Shown: positions 13,480 to 26,940, counted from the stretch's first letter. The stretch: DNA of 64,000 bases from Lama guanicoe (GCA_013239625.1 MU053482.1:1525168-1589167), one strand, 5' to 3'. The notes: generated by a model not told the origin, from the letters alone. Made by a program: numbers and translations.

Positions 13480-15620
13480 TATATCTTGAATATTTCTATT
13501 TTTTCTCTAAAGGTTTACATTTTATAGTTCTACATTTTACATTGAACTCCATGATCTATTTTGAGTAAATTCTTGTATAAGGTGTGATTTTTAGGTTGAG
13601 GTGGTTTCCGCCCTCCATGGATATCCAATTGCTCCAGAACTCTTTATTGAAAAGCTTTCCTTCTGTCATTAGATTCCTTCTGCACCTTTTTAAAAAATCA
13701 GTTGGGCATACTTTTAGGTCTTTCTCTAGGTTTTCTAGTCAGTTTCATTATCTATGTATCTATTCTTTCATCAGTACCACAGTGTCCTGATGACTACAGC
13801 TACTTAAGTCAGTATCAGTAGAGTGATTCCTACCACTTTATTCTTCTCTTTCAAGATTATATTTTCTAGGACCATTCCTCTTCAGTAATGTAAGCAGTTA
13901 ATGCTGCAAATTTTCCTCTCAGCACTTCTTTACCTGAATCTCATATGTTTTCATAAGTTACTTTTCATTTTCATTCTTTTCTATGTATTTTTTAAATATT
14001 GAGGTTCCAGGTCTTTTTATTATCATTTACTTTCTGTTTAGAGAATGTCTTTAGCCGTTACCCAAAGGTATTTTTGTTAGGAACAAATTCTCATAGCTTT
14101 CCTTCAACTGAAATGTCTTTATTTATCCTTCATTTCTGAAGGGTACTTTTGCCAGATGTAGAACTTACATTTGAAAATTCTTTGCTTTTAGTACTTGGAA
14201 AATATTATGCCACTTCCTCTGGCCTTCATGGTTTTAGGTGAGAAATTTGTTTTCTTTCATATTGCTTTTCCCTCTGTGAGTAATAAGTCCTTTCTCTCTG
14301 AGTGATCTCAAGACTTCTTTTTGATTTTAATTTTCAAAACTTTAATTATGATATGTCTTAATATGGATCCCTTTGGCTCTATCCTGTTTGAGATTAACTC
14401 AGCTTCCTGAATCTGTAGCTCTATGTATTTCACCAAATTTTGGAAGTTTTCAGTCATGATTTTTTAAAATACTTATTCAGTCTCCTTTCTCCTTTTTTCT
14501 GAGACTCCCAAAATATGAATGTTATCTAATTTTTATTGTCTCACAGATTCATGTAGCTCTGTTTTTTTTTTTAAATCCATTTTCTCTTTGTTTAGATCAG
14601 GCATTTCTACTCATCTTTCAAGTTCACTAATCCTACCCTCTGTCATCTCCATGTTACTACTGAGCTCATCCAGCCAGATTTTTAACTTCACTGATTGTAT
14701 TTTTCAAATCTGGAAATTTCCCTTGGTTGTTTTCATAATTATGTTTCTTTAAATTTTTTTTAAAATTTGTGTCAAAAATATTAATGGTTGCTTATTGAAG
14801 CATTTGTTTGATAGCTGCCGTAAAATTCTTGTCAGATAATGTCAATGTCCTTTTCATCTTGGTGTGGGCATATTCTGTCTTTTCTCATTAAAGTGTGATC
14901 TTTCCGGTTCTAGGTATGATGGTGATTTTTACTGCATCAGAGACATTTACAATATTATACTATGAGACTCTGGATCAGTCTCAGTCTTTTTTAAGAGGAC
15001 ATCCCCCTGTCACTGCAACTACAAGGTGGGTGTGTATGTTCAGCTTCCTGCTGAGCCCTACTAACACTATTGGCAAAAATGGAGTGCTGAGTCTCCCACT
15101 GCCTCCTTGCAGATGAGTGAGATGGAAGTTCAGCTCCCCCACTGCCCTGTTTCCCCTTCCCACTGACAATACCCTGGCAGGGGAATCAAAAGATGGGTGT
15201 GGTAAAGAATAGCTCCCTGCCTGGCCCAAATGAGTCCTGGGGTGGGAGACAGGTATGGTTTGTCCATTAGTGTTTGTCTGGAGTAGGACTGATACTGCCA
15301 AAGGTTTTCTGTTCCGTGAAGGCCACCCTTTTCCCAGTGTTTTGGCTAGGAGGAACAGACTTCTTTTGGTCTGTGTCTCTTGGTGGTTCTGAGTTGAAGG
15401 CTTGTGCAGCATCCCATCCAGGATATGGGGACGCAATGAGAAAATGCAAGGACTCACCACTATGTGATTTCCTCAAGTCCAGTGTCCCTGGAGTCTGCCT
15501 TCTTCTCTGTCCTTTTTAGAACTTTCTTACGTTTGTTTGTTGTTGTATCTAGGGGTGTTTTTAATAATAATAGGGAGGGCCTGAGGGGAGTAGAGCAACT
15601 TCATCTTCAATGAAACCAGA
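13480..15620 (-). mobile_element. Old L1M fragments (ORF2/ORF1/5' region)
   Basis: T-rich antisense L1 text (ggatatccaattgctccag, tcagcttcctgaatctgtag, tttgggaagttttcag-like). Confidence 0.75.
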
Positions 15621-15761
15621 AGTCTATGCCTTCAAACATTTAACAATATTTTTCCAGCTTCTTATTTTCATAGAAAGTTGGTCTAATACTGGTTTGCCTG
15701 ACATATCCAGGTGTAGATGTCTGCATAATTACTTTGAACAGAAGGGGTTGGCTAGAATGAA

Positions 15762-16071
15762 CTTATTTACAAAACAGAAACAGACTCACAGACATAGAAA
15801 ACAAACTGATGGTTACCTGGTGTGGGGGAGGGATAAATTGCAAGTTCAAAATTTGCAGATACAAACTAATATACATAAAATAGATAAACAAGTTTATAAT
15901 GTATAGCACAGGGGACCATATTTAAAATCTTATAACCTATGGTGAAGAAGAATACGAGAATGAATGTATGTATGTTCCTATGTGACTGAAGTATTGTGCT
16001 GTACACCAGAAACTGACACAGCATTGTAAACTGATTGTACGTCAATAAAAATACATTAAAAAAAAAACGGA
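15762..16071 (+). mobile_element. 5'-truncated L1
   Basis: L1 3'UTR and A tail; TSD aaggggt(t)ggctagaatgaa at 15742-15761 and 16072-16090. Confidence 0.9.
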
Positions 16072-16719
16072 AAGGGGTGGCTAGAATGAAATATGTCACA
16101 GACAAATGAAAATCCTCTAGTGAAGTATCCCAAAGGTCCCCTCATTCCACCCCCTCCACAAAGGGTATATACCTTAAAAGAAGTCAGAGTACTAAGAGTA
16201 TATTTGTGACCTTGAGCTTTTCCTTAACCTTTACGTGCTTCAGTTACATCTTCTATAAAATATGAATAAAAATAAAACCTTTTAGGATTATTCTGCAGAT
16301 TGATTGGGTCACTACTTGTGAATCACTGTAAACAGTAGCTGGAAGGTGTAAACAATCCCACATTGCTAGCTCCTATTGCAAACACTTCTACTGCTCCTTC
16401 TACTCTTACTAACATTTGACTTCTACATCTGCTAGCTCTGCAACTATGCAAAGACATAAGGGAGACATTATTCAGCAAAGGGTGATTACATAGCTTTCAC
16501 TAAACTAGGCTAAGATTCTAGTTGCTAATCTGAGTTAAACAGTGTCAAGGCAGAGGTGTAATTGTGGAGAGCATGGGTTTGTGTAAAAGTCTGTCACAGG
16601 TGTTAGCAGGATCTGACACAAACATTCAATCACTTGAATCATGTTGACATGCAGCAGATTCACAGGCAGCCAAGTCAGTGGTTCATGCTAGACCAAAAAC
16701 TTCATTCATCTACTTGTTA

Positions 16720-18215
16720 ATTTCTCATTCATACATTTCAAATATACATTTATGTGCCCTGTGTTCCAGGAACAGTGTAAAAATCAGACACAATGAGAAA
16801 GAAAGACATTCAAGGTACATGTATGAAGCTTCCAGCATTTGGAGAAACTAAATACTGAATCTGTAGCTGCAAGTGCACTGAGCATTCTGAAAAAAAATAT
16901 GCAGTGGTCTACAGGGGATAACAGGTGTACTTAATTTGGTCTGGAGACTCAAGAAGGATTCCAAGACTTTGGGAAACGAGGTTTAGGCTGGTACCTATAA
17001 CATAAGTAGGTATTATCCAGGTGATGGGAAAAAGCATTCAGGTAGAGGTCCTGCCTGTAAGAGGGTCCTGAGGTAGCAAAGAATATGCATATACTGAAGA
17101 TTTTAAAAGAAGACCAGGATACCTAGAGTTTGGGAGTTTGGAAAATGAGGGAAGAGTGCTGAGAGACAGAAATAAAACAGGAGCCACGTTCAGGATTTTA
17201 TAAGCCATATTAAGAATTTTGGCCTTTATTCAACGTTTTTGGGGGATATTAACAAAGGAACTAATCTATTTAGATTTATGCCATAGTTGGTATATGGGGA
17301 ATGAGTTTTAAGACGACAGCACGAGAGGAGGGGAAAGCTGGTTAGAGTTGTATCAGCTAGGATTCTCCAGAGACACAGAACCACTATGATCTTGTTGTTT
17401 TTGCTGTTCTTTTAAGGGAACTGGCTCACACAATTATGGGAGCTGGCAACTCCAAAACCCACAGGTCAGTCCAGGAGATTGGAAATTCCAGTAAGAACTG
17501 ATGTCACAGTCTTGAATCCAAAGGAAGCCTAGGGACAGAATTCCTCTTTTTCAGGAGGCTTAAGTTTTTTTCTCTTAAGCCTTTCAACTTGTTTGGATGA
17601 GGGCCACCCACATTATGGACAGTAATCTGCTTTATTCAAAGTCTAATGATTTAAATGTTCACATCTTAAAAATACCTTCCCAGCAATGTCTAGACTGATG
17701 TTTGACCAAACAACTGGTCACTGTAGCCTAGCCAAGCTGACACATAAAAATAGCTATTACCAGAGTACAACTGTAAAATAAATGTGTAAATTGCCAAGCC
17801 GACACATAAAATTAGCTATTACAGGAGTACTTTTGAAAAATAAATGGATAAGGTGGTAGCTGGAAATAAAAGTGCTGACAATGAAAATGAAGAGACATGG
17901 GACAAAAATCTTGGACTCAGAATGTACAAGACTGACACTCATGCAGTCATGTGGAGGGAGAAAAATAAATTACCCTCAAGTTTCTAATCAGTATGCTGAT
18001 TGAAAGATGGTGCCCCTTATTGGGATATGGAACATTGGAGGGGAGCAAGTTAGGGGTGGAAGGAGATAATTACTTTAGTTTTAGACAATTTGTGCTTGAG
18101 ATTCAATAGACAAAAATATTTTTGTTGGAAGTACTATTTAGAGGACAAGGAAAGAGAAATAAACACAGTAGTCATGTAGTCATCAGTATATAGAGGTAAA
18201 TTAAACTTCACAGGG
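16720..18215. mobile_element. L2 fragments interrupted by an MLT2 LTR
   Basis: Purine-rich L2-like text (taagccatattaagaattttggcctttatt, gatggtgccc, tttagttttagaca); boundaries approximate. Confidence 0.55.
17349..17760 (+). mobile_element. MLT2-type (ERVL) solo LTR
   Basis: Starts tgtatcagctaggattctccagagacacagaacc; ends ctagccaagctgacacataaaa; typical MLT2 termini. Confidence 0.8.
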
Positions 18216-19159
18216 AAACACAGTCTGGCTCCCTCAAGCTTCCTTAACAGGATGTGCGTCTGACCGTGAACAAATCACTTAAAGAGCTTGTTTACTCAGT
18301 CCCTAGGAGTTCAGGAATCCTGCTTGTTTTCACAGAGAAGTCAGCTGTTTTGACCTGGCAGAAGAATTCATAGTTGGTTTGGTCAGGGGCACCTCATTCT
18401 GTTCCTTTTAGAAGTCTCTCATAAGTAGGCTGGACCAGATTAGGAACACAGCATTTATGGTTCCAAAAAGCCCATCGCCCACAGATAACCATGCAAGAGG
18501 AACGTCTCCAGTCATTTTACTATCCGGCTCCACTTGGTCATTTCCCCCTAGAACGCACTCAATCACAACTGTAACTATCATACTCATTCCAGGAAAAGCT
18601 GCTGTTGAAATGGACACAGTCTTAAAGATTTGGAGGTACAATAACCTTAACTTACAGCAGAGTACAACTTATGAAAAGATACAAATAAACTTTTTTCTGC
18701 AGATTATTTTTTCATGTTAACCAATTTGTGTTACTAATCAAAAATTAAATTTCATTATTTAATGGTAACTCACTATAGGTCTCTGATTTACTGTTTGATA
18801 TCAATCTACCCCCTACCTTTACTAAAAGGCTCCACATTGGCTGATGACATATAGATCAATATATTTTGACCACAGACACTCTTCGTCCTTTTATTATTTT
18901 ATGGCATATCATTATATCAAATACAGAGAAAAATTACAAATTAATTAATAAATTATTTTTCTAGCAAGCCCTCTCTTCACCATCACGCAGAGGTGTTGGC
19001 GCAGCCATTTCGCACCAGGAACTCTGGTCTGAAGGGCCAGGTACGAGGCCTCTGCATGTGGCCCTCAGTGAGCAAGTGAAACTAGATCAAGCACAAAGGA
19101 AAAGACAAGCAGTCTTCTCAGAAAAACAAGAGCCGATTTCAAAGGTCATTGCAAGATTA

Positions 19160-20848
19160 GGGAGCACAGCCAAGATGGTGGAGTAGAAAAACCCTGAGAT
19201 CACTTACTCTCACGAGCACACCAAAGTCACAACTAACTGCATAACAACCATAGATTAAAAAGACTGGAACATACCAGAAAAGAAGCAACCACAACAAGCC
19301 AGGTACCAAGGGCGAACTCGAGATATAAGCAAACCCCATCCCCCCAGGTGGGTGACGCACAACCTGGAGAATAAGTATCTTGCAGACGTTTTCCCACAGG
19401 TGTGAGTTCTGAGCCCTGCGTCAGGCTCCCCAACCCGGGGGTCCGGCACTGGGAAGACGAACCCCCAGAGCATTTGGCTTTGAAGGCCAGCGGGACTTAA
19501 CGGCAGGAGCCCCACAAGACCCAGAGAAACAGAGACTTCACTGCTAATGGGCGCACACCAAATCCCACGCGCAAACAGGGCTGGAGGGCAAAAGCAGTAA
19601 TTTGATAGGAGCCTGGGCCAGACCTACCTGCCGGTCTTGGAGAGACTCCCGGAGAGGCGGGGGGTTCAGCTGAGGCTCACCCTGGGGCCGGGACACTGGC
19701 GGCAGCTTCCCCGGGAGCTACCCGTGCTGCGAGGGCGCTGGTGCTGGCGTCCGGCTTGGCGGCGCCATTTTGAAAACCTTCCCGGCCCCGCCCCGCAGCC
19801 CCCAGGTGCGGCGCTGAGACGCCGCAGGCCAAGCGCCCAACTCGGCACTCAGCCCCACCGCACCCGGACAGGCAGCCTGCAGGCTTCCAGAGCCCACCCT
19901 CCAGGGCCTCTCCCTACACACGGCCCTGAGGGCCACCAGAGGGCCAGGACCCGGCTCCACTCACCAGTGGGCAGGCACCGGCTCTTCCCTCCAGGAAGCC
20001 TGCACAAGCCTCTAGACCCGCCTCACCCTCCCCGGTGTCGACACTAGAAGCAGAAATCTCGCGGGACTGAGCCCACCAACAGCAAGCCGGACCCTATGCT
20101 GGGACCAGCTGGGCCCTGGCCCTGCCCACTAGCAGGCCAGTGCAACCATCGGGACACCCGGGACTCCATGCCCAACTATGTCAGGAACTCCCCCCACTGC
20201 AATGATCGGAAATGAGCTCTGGGATCCCTGGGCCCTGCAGCTCTGCCAGGAACCAGCCCTGCCTACCATTTTTCTGGCACTAAGGATCTGGCTTCACCAG
20301 CCAGTGAGTGGGCAGCAGACCCACAATCTCTGGGACTCTGACTCCACCCACCAGTGAACCAGCAGTAGCCCCAGGGTTCCCTAGGATTTCACTACTAACC
20401 ATCCCCCTCTAAACTGCAGCCAGTAGCATCCACATAACCAACTAGGCTAGGGGCCGACCAAAGCTACCAGATCACCCACATAGCCCATCACAACAGAATG
20501 ACCCATGCGGCCCTCTTAGGGGGAACCCTTAGAGCATATGGCTTGGGTGATGAGACGGGAGCACACTGCTGGGACACAGAGGATGCCCCCTACAGAGGGC
20601 CACTGCTCCAAGGTCAAGAAACAAAACTAACTTATTACCACATACATAAAAATATAAATAGCAACTCAGACAAAATGAGGCAGCAGAGGAATATGTTTCA
20701 GACGAAGGAACAAGATAAAACTCCAGAAGAACTAACTGAGGTAAGGTTAAGCAATTTACCCAAGAAAGAGTTCAGAGTAATGATTGTAAAGATCAAATAA
20801 CTCGGAGACTGGATGCACAGGGTGAGACGTTAGAAGTTTTTAACAAAG
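19160..20848 (+). mobile_element. L1 5' portion: CpG-rich 5'UTR plus start of ORF1, 3'-truncated
   Basis: L1 start caagatggtggagtag; CpG-rich 19400-20080; ORF1 N-terminus MRQQRNMFQTKEQDKTPEELTEVRLSNLPKKEFRVMIVK from 20674, then frameshifted [12 protein letters not shown]. Confidence 0.85.
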
Positions 20849-21769
20849 TGCTCTCTTCAGGGCCCCCTTAATCTCACTGTTCCTCAGACTGTAAATCAGG
20901 GGATTCAACATGGGGATCACCACCATGTACAACACAGACACTGCCTTGTTCTGGTCAGTTGAGAAGCTGGACTTGGGCATCATATAAATAAATATAATGG
21001 TCCCATAAAATAGAGTGACCACTGTGAGGTGGGACATGCAGGTGGAGAAGGCTTTGTGGTACCCCTTGGTGGAGCGCATCTTCAGGACGGTGATGAGGAT
21101 GTAGATGTAGGAGATGGCTATGACAAACAGTGTGACCACAGTGACGAAGCCAGATGTAAATGAGGGGACAACTGCAGGGACACTGATGTCAGAACAGGAG
21201 AGTTCAACCAAAGGAGCAAAATCACAGAAAAAATGATTGACTCGATTTGGTCTACAGAAGAGTAAAGAATAGAAGCAAATAGTAAAAGAGCAAGCATTGA
21301 GAAAGCCACCTACATAAGACGCTGCAAGTAACTGAACACAGACTTGTGTGGACATTTTGGTGGAATAAAGCAGTGGGTTGCAGATTGCCACGAAGCGATC
21401 ATATGCCATGGCAGCCAGAAGGAAGAACTCAGTTGACCCAAAGAAAACGACTGAACCAAGCTGAATGGCACATCCATGATAGGAGATGGTATTTGTCTCC
21501 ACCAGGAAGTTTACAAGCATATTGGGTGTAACAGAAGATGAATAGCCCATGTCAGCAAAGGCCAAGTGGCTCAGGAAAAAGTACATGGGATGGTGGAGCT
21601 GAGAAGAGATTCTGATAAGAATGATTGTGCTGAGATTGCCAGATATGGTCACCAGGTAGATACATAGGATGATCATGAAGAGGATGATTCGAAGGACTGG
21701 GTCATTTGTTAAGCCCAGTAAAATGAACTCTGTCACTGCAGTGTGGTTCCCATCTCCCAGGGAATCCAT
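20840..21769 (-). CDS. OR5P2: Olfactory receptor 5P subfamily (OR5P2-like), intact, 309 aa
   Basis: [55 protein letters not shown]; acceptor tctcatcacAG at 21800-21799; exact paralogue uncertain. Confidence 0.9.
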   Translation of the reverse strand: MDSLGDGNHTAVTEFILLGLTNDPVLRIILFMIILCIYLVTISGNLSTIILIRISSQLHHPMYFFLSHLAFADMGYSSSVTPNMLVNFLVETNTISYHGCAIQLGSVVFFGSTEFFLLAAMAYDRFVAICNPLLYSTKMSTQVCVQLLAASYVGGFLNACSFTICFYSLLFCRPNRVNHFFCDFAPLVELSCSDISVPAVVPSFTSGFVTVVTLFVIAISYIYILITVLKMRSTKGYHKAFSTCMSHLTVVTLFYGTIIFIYMMPKSSFSTDQNKAVSVLYMVVIPMLNPLIYSLRNSEIKGALKRALC

Positions 21770-22259
21770 GAAATAATGTAGCTCCTACTAAAGTTAACCT
21801 GTGATGAGACATTACATTAAAGAAATTTTAAATTTGATTGTTTCTTTTTTGTTAACACACATAGAAGATATTATAAATATTCGAGCTAGGTTTGGACTAA
21901 TTTTTTATACTTTATATGTATTTATATATATTTTAGAGTAGAAAATTTCATTCATATATATAATAAGTATTCTGTATTTTAAAAAATTATTTTCAGCAGT
22001 AATACTGGAAAACCTGCTTCAAATAATGTATATCTTTTTTCTATTTATATTATATGTGTATCAAATGTACTTAAAGAGTCATTGAAGCTAAAAATTAAAA
22101 ATAAGATTTATGAGAATAATTAGAATGGTCAGTATAACAAAAACTTTAAAGGTATAAATAAAAGATTATGTAATGGAGACTGAGTAATAGCTAACATTGA
22201 ATATTTACTTAATGACAGGCCTTGAATTAAGAATTATATGTATACAGTTGTATTTTAAT

Positions 22260-22390
22260 TTATATGAAATAGTATTAAGTATTTTTATCTCATTTATAGA
22301 TGATGAAACTGACTTTGGCATAGGAAGTGGTAGAATCAAGATGTGAATCTCAGGTAGTCTGAATGCAGTCCATTCCTTTAGTAACTGTGC
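22260..22390. mobile_element. MIR fragment
   Basis: catttatagatgatgaaactga...agtggtagaatcaagatgtgaatctcaggtagtctga MIR core. Confidence 0.65.
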
Positions 22391-23369
22391 TATAAATGAA
22401 ATTAGATTATACTATGATGAAATCAAATCTCTTGGAAATGGGTGGATAACAAATTATCATTCTACCTTCTGACAGATAATGTATAAAAGAGGTGCCTCGT
22501 TCATCACGAAGTGTACAATTTCTATCAGTAAAACAAGACCATGTTTTTAAAAAGAGACATACAATTTTCTTAAAAGGATAAAAAGAAACAGAAGGAATTT
22601 CAAAATAAGGTTATGAATAAAATCAGCTATTATAAATGTATTACATTTATTTAACATTTATAATTTATCATTGTTTTCTCAATTAGTTTGAAATATCAAT
22701 CTAATTACTGTGCAAAGTGTTATATGTTTAATATCAAGACATAATTAGACTACATTCATTCAAACAAATCTATTTCCTAACGTAATAATGTTTTCAAATT
22801 GGTATACTATACCACAAAATGATATTGGTTTCTACATAATATACAGCTGAATAAAGTTCCAGCTTAAAAAGTTAAGAAGTTACCCAGGTTCACCCAGCAA
22901 GTTGCCAGGTTGAAATTTATCTCCAAGTTTTCTGGCTTTACATTCTCAACTTTTCCCCGAATCTCTGGTTTCATGTAAGCTTAAGCTTTCGGAACAATAC
23001 ACAAAGGAAGTCTTTCCAAGATATTTACAAACATTATGTCTCCAAAGCATCTTAAGGCTAGTGAATTTTATAACACTTATTGGCTGAGTACCAAGTTTAA
23101 ATATCATTTAAAAACATGTGAATTTCTGGTCTTATGAGTGGAAAAATGAAGAATCCAGGTAACTTGAAGTATGGCTCTTTATACACTAGGTAGGCTATAG
23201 AAAATTAGGTTAATTCAGCTAAAGTTACTTGCTAGCTGACTGCCGGATAGCGTCTGCCCTGTTTCTCCACTTTGGCTTGTAAGTATAGGTATAACTTTAG
23301 AAAAAAGTTGTTTTCAAATGGTTATTGAAAATCAGTACAACTGATGAACACAAAAGCCAAAGATCTTAC

Positions 23370-23470
23370 CTCTTGAAATGAGAATTCATTCGTCTTACAG
23401 TAATAAGTTCAAAGTCATTGTTGTAATATAACAGCCATGCTGTCTCGTTATTGTTTGCCTTTGAGGATAA
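23370..23470 (-). promoter_or_regulatory. Candidate non-coding exon 1 and promoter of OR5P2-like
   Basis: Minus-strand donor GAG|GTAAGA at 23370/23369; O/E-like gcctttgaggat at 23457. Confidence 0.45.
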
Positions 23471-23764
23471 ATCTCTGAAGATTCTAGAGATTCAAATGTG
23501 AATTCAAAAACACCAAGGGTCATTATAGCATTCTCAAGTGACTATTGAGCAGTTCACCTCCACAAATATAACTCATCTTTAAGGGTTTTGTCAGTTCTCA
23601 AGTGATTAAGGGTTTTCTGCTGTTTTTATCTAGTTGTTGGTGCACTTGCATTTGGTAATTATTGGAACTATAATATAATAAATTGTCTCAGAGCTAAATA
23701 TTGGTTCTCACTTTACTATATCAACTTAAGGACTAAGCTTAATAGATTTTCCTACAAAACAGTC

Positions 23765-24580
23765 CAACCAAAAAGAGCATTCTTTTCAAATGCACTTGGA
23801 ACTTTCTCCAGGATAGATCCCATGCTAGTCTACAAAACAAGTCTTCATAAATTTTAGAAGATTGAAATCATGTCAAGCATCTTTTCCAACCACAACATTA
23901 TGAGATTAGAAATCAACTAACACAACTGCAAAAAAACACAAACAAATGGAGGCTAAACAACATGCTACTGAAAAACCAATGGGTCAATGAAGAAATCAAA
24001 AAGCATATCAAAAAATACCTTGCAGTGACTGAAAACAGAAACACAACTTTCCAAAATCTATGGGACACAGCAAATACAGTTCTAATAAGGAAGTTCAGAG
24101 TGATACAGGTATACCTCGGGAAAAGAGAAAAATCTCAAATAAACAACCTAACCTTCTGCCTAGAGAAATCAGAAAAAGCAGAAGAAACAAAGCTCAAAGC
24201 AGGTAGAAGGAAGGAAACAATAAATATCAGATTGGAACTAAATAAAATAGGGACCAAAAAAATTAGAAAAGTATCAATGAAACTAAGAGTTGGTTCTCTG
24301 AAAAGATGAACTAAATTGATAAAACTTTAGCCAGACTCATTAAGAACAAAAGAGGGCCCAAATAGATAAAATTGAAAATGAAAAAGGAGGAGTTACAACC
24401 AATGTTACAGAAACAAAATCGTAACAGAATACTACATTTATACACCCAAAATGGACAACCTAGAAGAAATGAAAAATTGCTAGAAACATACAATCTTCCA
24501 AGAGTGAATCAGGAAGAAACATAATATCTGAAAAGAACAATTACTAGTAACAAAATTGAATCAGCGATCAAAAGCTCCTA
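23765..24580 (+). mobile_element. L1 ORF2 internal fragment
   Basis: ORF 23962-24309 MLLKNQWVNEEIKKHIKKYL...FQNLWDTA matches L1 ORF2 downstream of the endonuclease. Confidence 0.9.
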
Positions 24581-24656
24581 GGGATGGGAATAGCTCAGTG
24601 GTAGAGCGTGTGCTTAGTATGCATGAGGCCCTGGGTTCAATCTCCAGTATCTCCAT
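24581..24656 (+). mobile_element. tRNA-derived SINE head (Vic-1-like), tail missing
   Basis: A box tagctcagtgg and B box ggttcaatct; same head as the other three SINE copies. Confidence 0.8.
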
Positions 24657-24659
24657 TTG

Positions 24660-25365
24660 CAAAAGTCAGTTTTGATAGCTTCTAAGAATTTGTCATTTCA
24701 TCTAAGTTATTTGATGGATTGGCATACTATTTTTCACAGTACTGCGTTCTAATCTTTTTATTTCAGTAAGATGATAGTAATGTCATCTCTTTCATTTCCA
24801 ATTCTAGCTATTTGAATCTTGTCTCTCTCTCTCTTTCTCTCTCTTTTTTTAAAAAGACTTTACTTCCTTAGAGCAAGTTTAGGTTCCCTGCAAATTGGAA
24901 GGAAGGTACAGAGATTTCCCATATCCCCTAAGGCCCTACACATGAATAGCCTCCAACGTTATCAACATCTCCCACAAGAGTGGTACATTTGTTACCAAAA
25001 ATGAACCTACAATGTCATATCATAGTCACCCAAAGTCCATAGTTTACCTTAAGATTCACACTTGATGTTGTACATTCTACGGGTTTGGACAAATGTATGA
25101 TGACATGTAGCCATCATTACACTGTCATAAAGAGTATTTTTAATGTCCTAAAAATCTCCTGTGATATTCCTATTCATCCCCAATCCGACCTCTACAACCT
25201 CTGACAACCACTGATCTTTTTACTCTCTCCATAATTTTGCCATTCTTCTCTCTTCTCTTCTTGGTCAATCTGGTTATAGATCTGTCAGTTTTGTTGATCT
25301 TTTCAAAGAACTAGCTTTTGTTTTCAATCACTTTCCCTATTTTTTTCTATTCTCTATGTTATTAA
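24660..25365 (-). mobile_element. Old L1 antisense fragment with nested L1MC-type 3' end (~24850-25240)
   Basis: ttagagcaagtttaggttc...aaagtccatagtttaccttaagattcacacttgatgttgtacattcta is the reverse of the element at 26941-27274. Confidence 0.75.
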
Positions 25366-25366
25366 T

Positions 25367-25676
25367 TGTCCATAGTGGTAGCCATCAGTCTCAGTTATAA
25401 CCTTCACAACCCCAAGCACTATTTGCTCTGTGGTCTGTCCTTTCCAGAAATCTGTATCACTATGGTAATTATCTCACACATATTGGTGGACTTGCTGTCA
25501 GAGAGTAGGACCATTTCTCTCCTGAAAAAAAAGGACTTTTTTTTCCTTTTTTGGCTTTTGAGCCAACAACTGCTTCATCCTGGCTACCATGTCCTATGAT
25601 CGTTATGCTGCCATTCCCAACCACTGCACTATCCCATCCTGATGACCCAGAATATCTGCCTTCAGATCATGATGAC
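25367..25676 (+). pseudogene. OR10AB-like pseudogene fragment (end of TM1 to ICL2)
   Basis: Colinear with 12332-12642 (gtccatagtggtagccatca, ctctgtggtctg, aacaactgcttcatc, atgtcctatgatcgtta, ctgatgacccagaatatctgc) with frameshifts. Confidence 0.9.
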
Positions 25677-26940
25677 TGTGTTGCCTTGGGGAAAGATTGG
25701 CACTGGCAAAGTTACAGTCTTCACTGCATCCAAACTCATGTTTTTGTTTTTATTTTTATTTTTATTATTATGTTCCAACAGCATGCTGGAATCGCCCCTT
25801 GTAAAAGGCTGGATTTCTGCGAAGTCTCTCTTGTTCATAGGTTTCTTCCCAAGTCAGCACTCTCCACCATGGCCAAGAGGGACTGGCGCAGGTTCACTGG
25901 CTCCTGCTGGTTTTGAGGCCCATACTGAGGTCTTTCTGCCTATTACCAGACACACAGGTGGGCAAAACTCCTCCTGGATCCCTTGGAGTATGGTTTTGGA
26001 TCCCACAAGTCCCTCTGAGGCACTTTTGTTCATGTATGGCTACCTTATTTGTTGTTTAAAAATGGGGACAAAAAGGAGACACATCTCACACTGCCAAGAA
26101 GCTAATCTTACCCTGGACTTAATGTGAGTAGTGGAATCATTGCTGATGACTAAATAGAAAGATCACATGATATAACTTGTATTAAGATTAATCTAATGTT
26201 TATATTTTTTATTAAAGGAAAAACAAGGTTCCTAAAAATATTATCCCTTTTTTATTACAAAATATCCACATAGAAAAAAAAAACTGGGAGAAGAAACACA
26301 AAGAGGTCTGTAAGAATACAAATAATTTTAAATTTCATAAGTGATACCATCTGGTTTAAAGAGAGCATTTTCAGGGCTATTACAGAAATTCCAGTGAAAT
26401 TATGTGCAAGGAATCTGAGAATGTCAGTATCAGAGGTAATAGAACTAGGGGGGAAAGAAGTGGTTTAACATACGTTACACAAGTAGGCAGCACACATTTG
26501 ACAGGATTGAGACACCTTCAAGAACACCTTCATCTAGAAAGGAGCCAGGTCATGCCAGTTAGCCCCCAGAGTCTTTCTATTGAAAACTGTTGTACGTATT
26601 TAGTGGAATAGATCCCTGAAAGGGAAAAGCTAGGCTAGATGGAGCTTTCAGATAGCCTCTGGGTTGGCTTGATGAGGCTCACCTGCAGAGGCATTGTGTG
26701 AGGAACTCTGTTGCTCAGTTTCCAATCACAAAGCAACAGAAGTGTTAGAGCCACCAGCATCACTGATTTCAGCCCTTAGATTATCTGTACATCATGGGCA
26801 CCATCTCTTTCAGGTGACAAGATCACGGGTGGCAATGCTATTCTTTATTTCCCATTCAAGGAGTTTCAGATGCTTCCAGCAGTTATTTTCAAAGACTGCA
26901 TTCAAAGAGCACAGAACTGATCTGAAAATATTTGTACTTA

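Noticed and set aside
18380..18645. Possible OR C-terminal relic on the minus strand (YLQIFKTV..., LIWSSLLMRDF, RNR/EV)
   Set aside because: The motifs are weak and inconsistent in spacing; a frameshift-aware OR HMM would be needed to support it.
19400..20080. CpG island and Pro/Arg-rich ORFs (19637-20047 and others)
   Set aside because: They lie within the L1 5'UTR; the ORFs reflect GC content.
25642..26127. 161-aa ORF
   Set aside because: A chimera of the OR fragment end and repeat-like sequence, with no recognisable protein.
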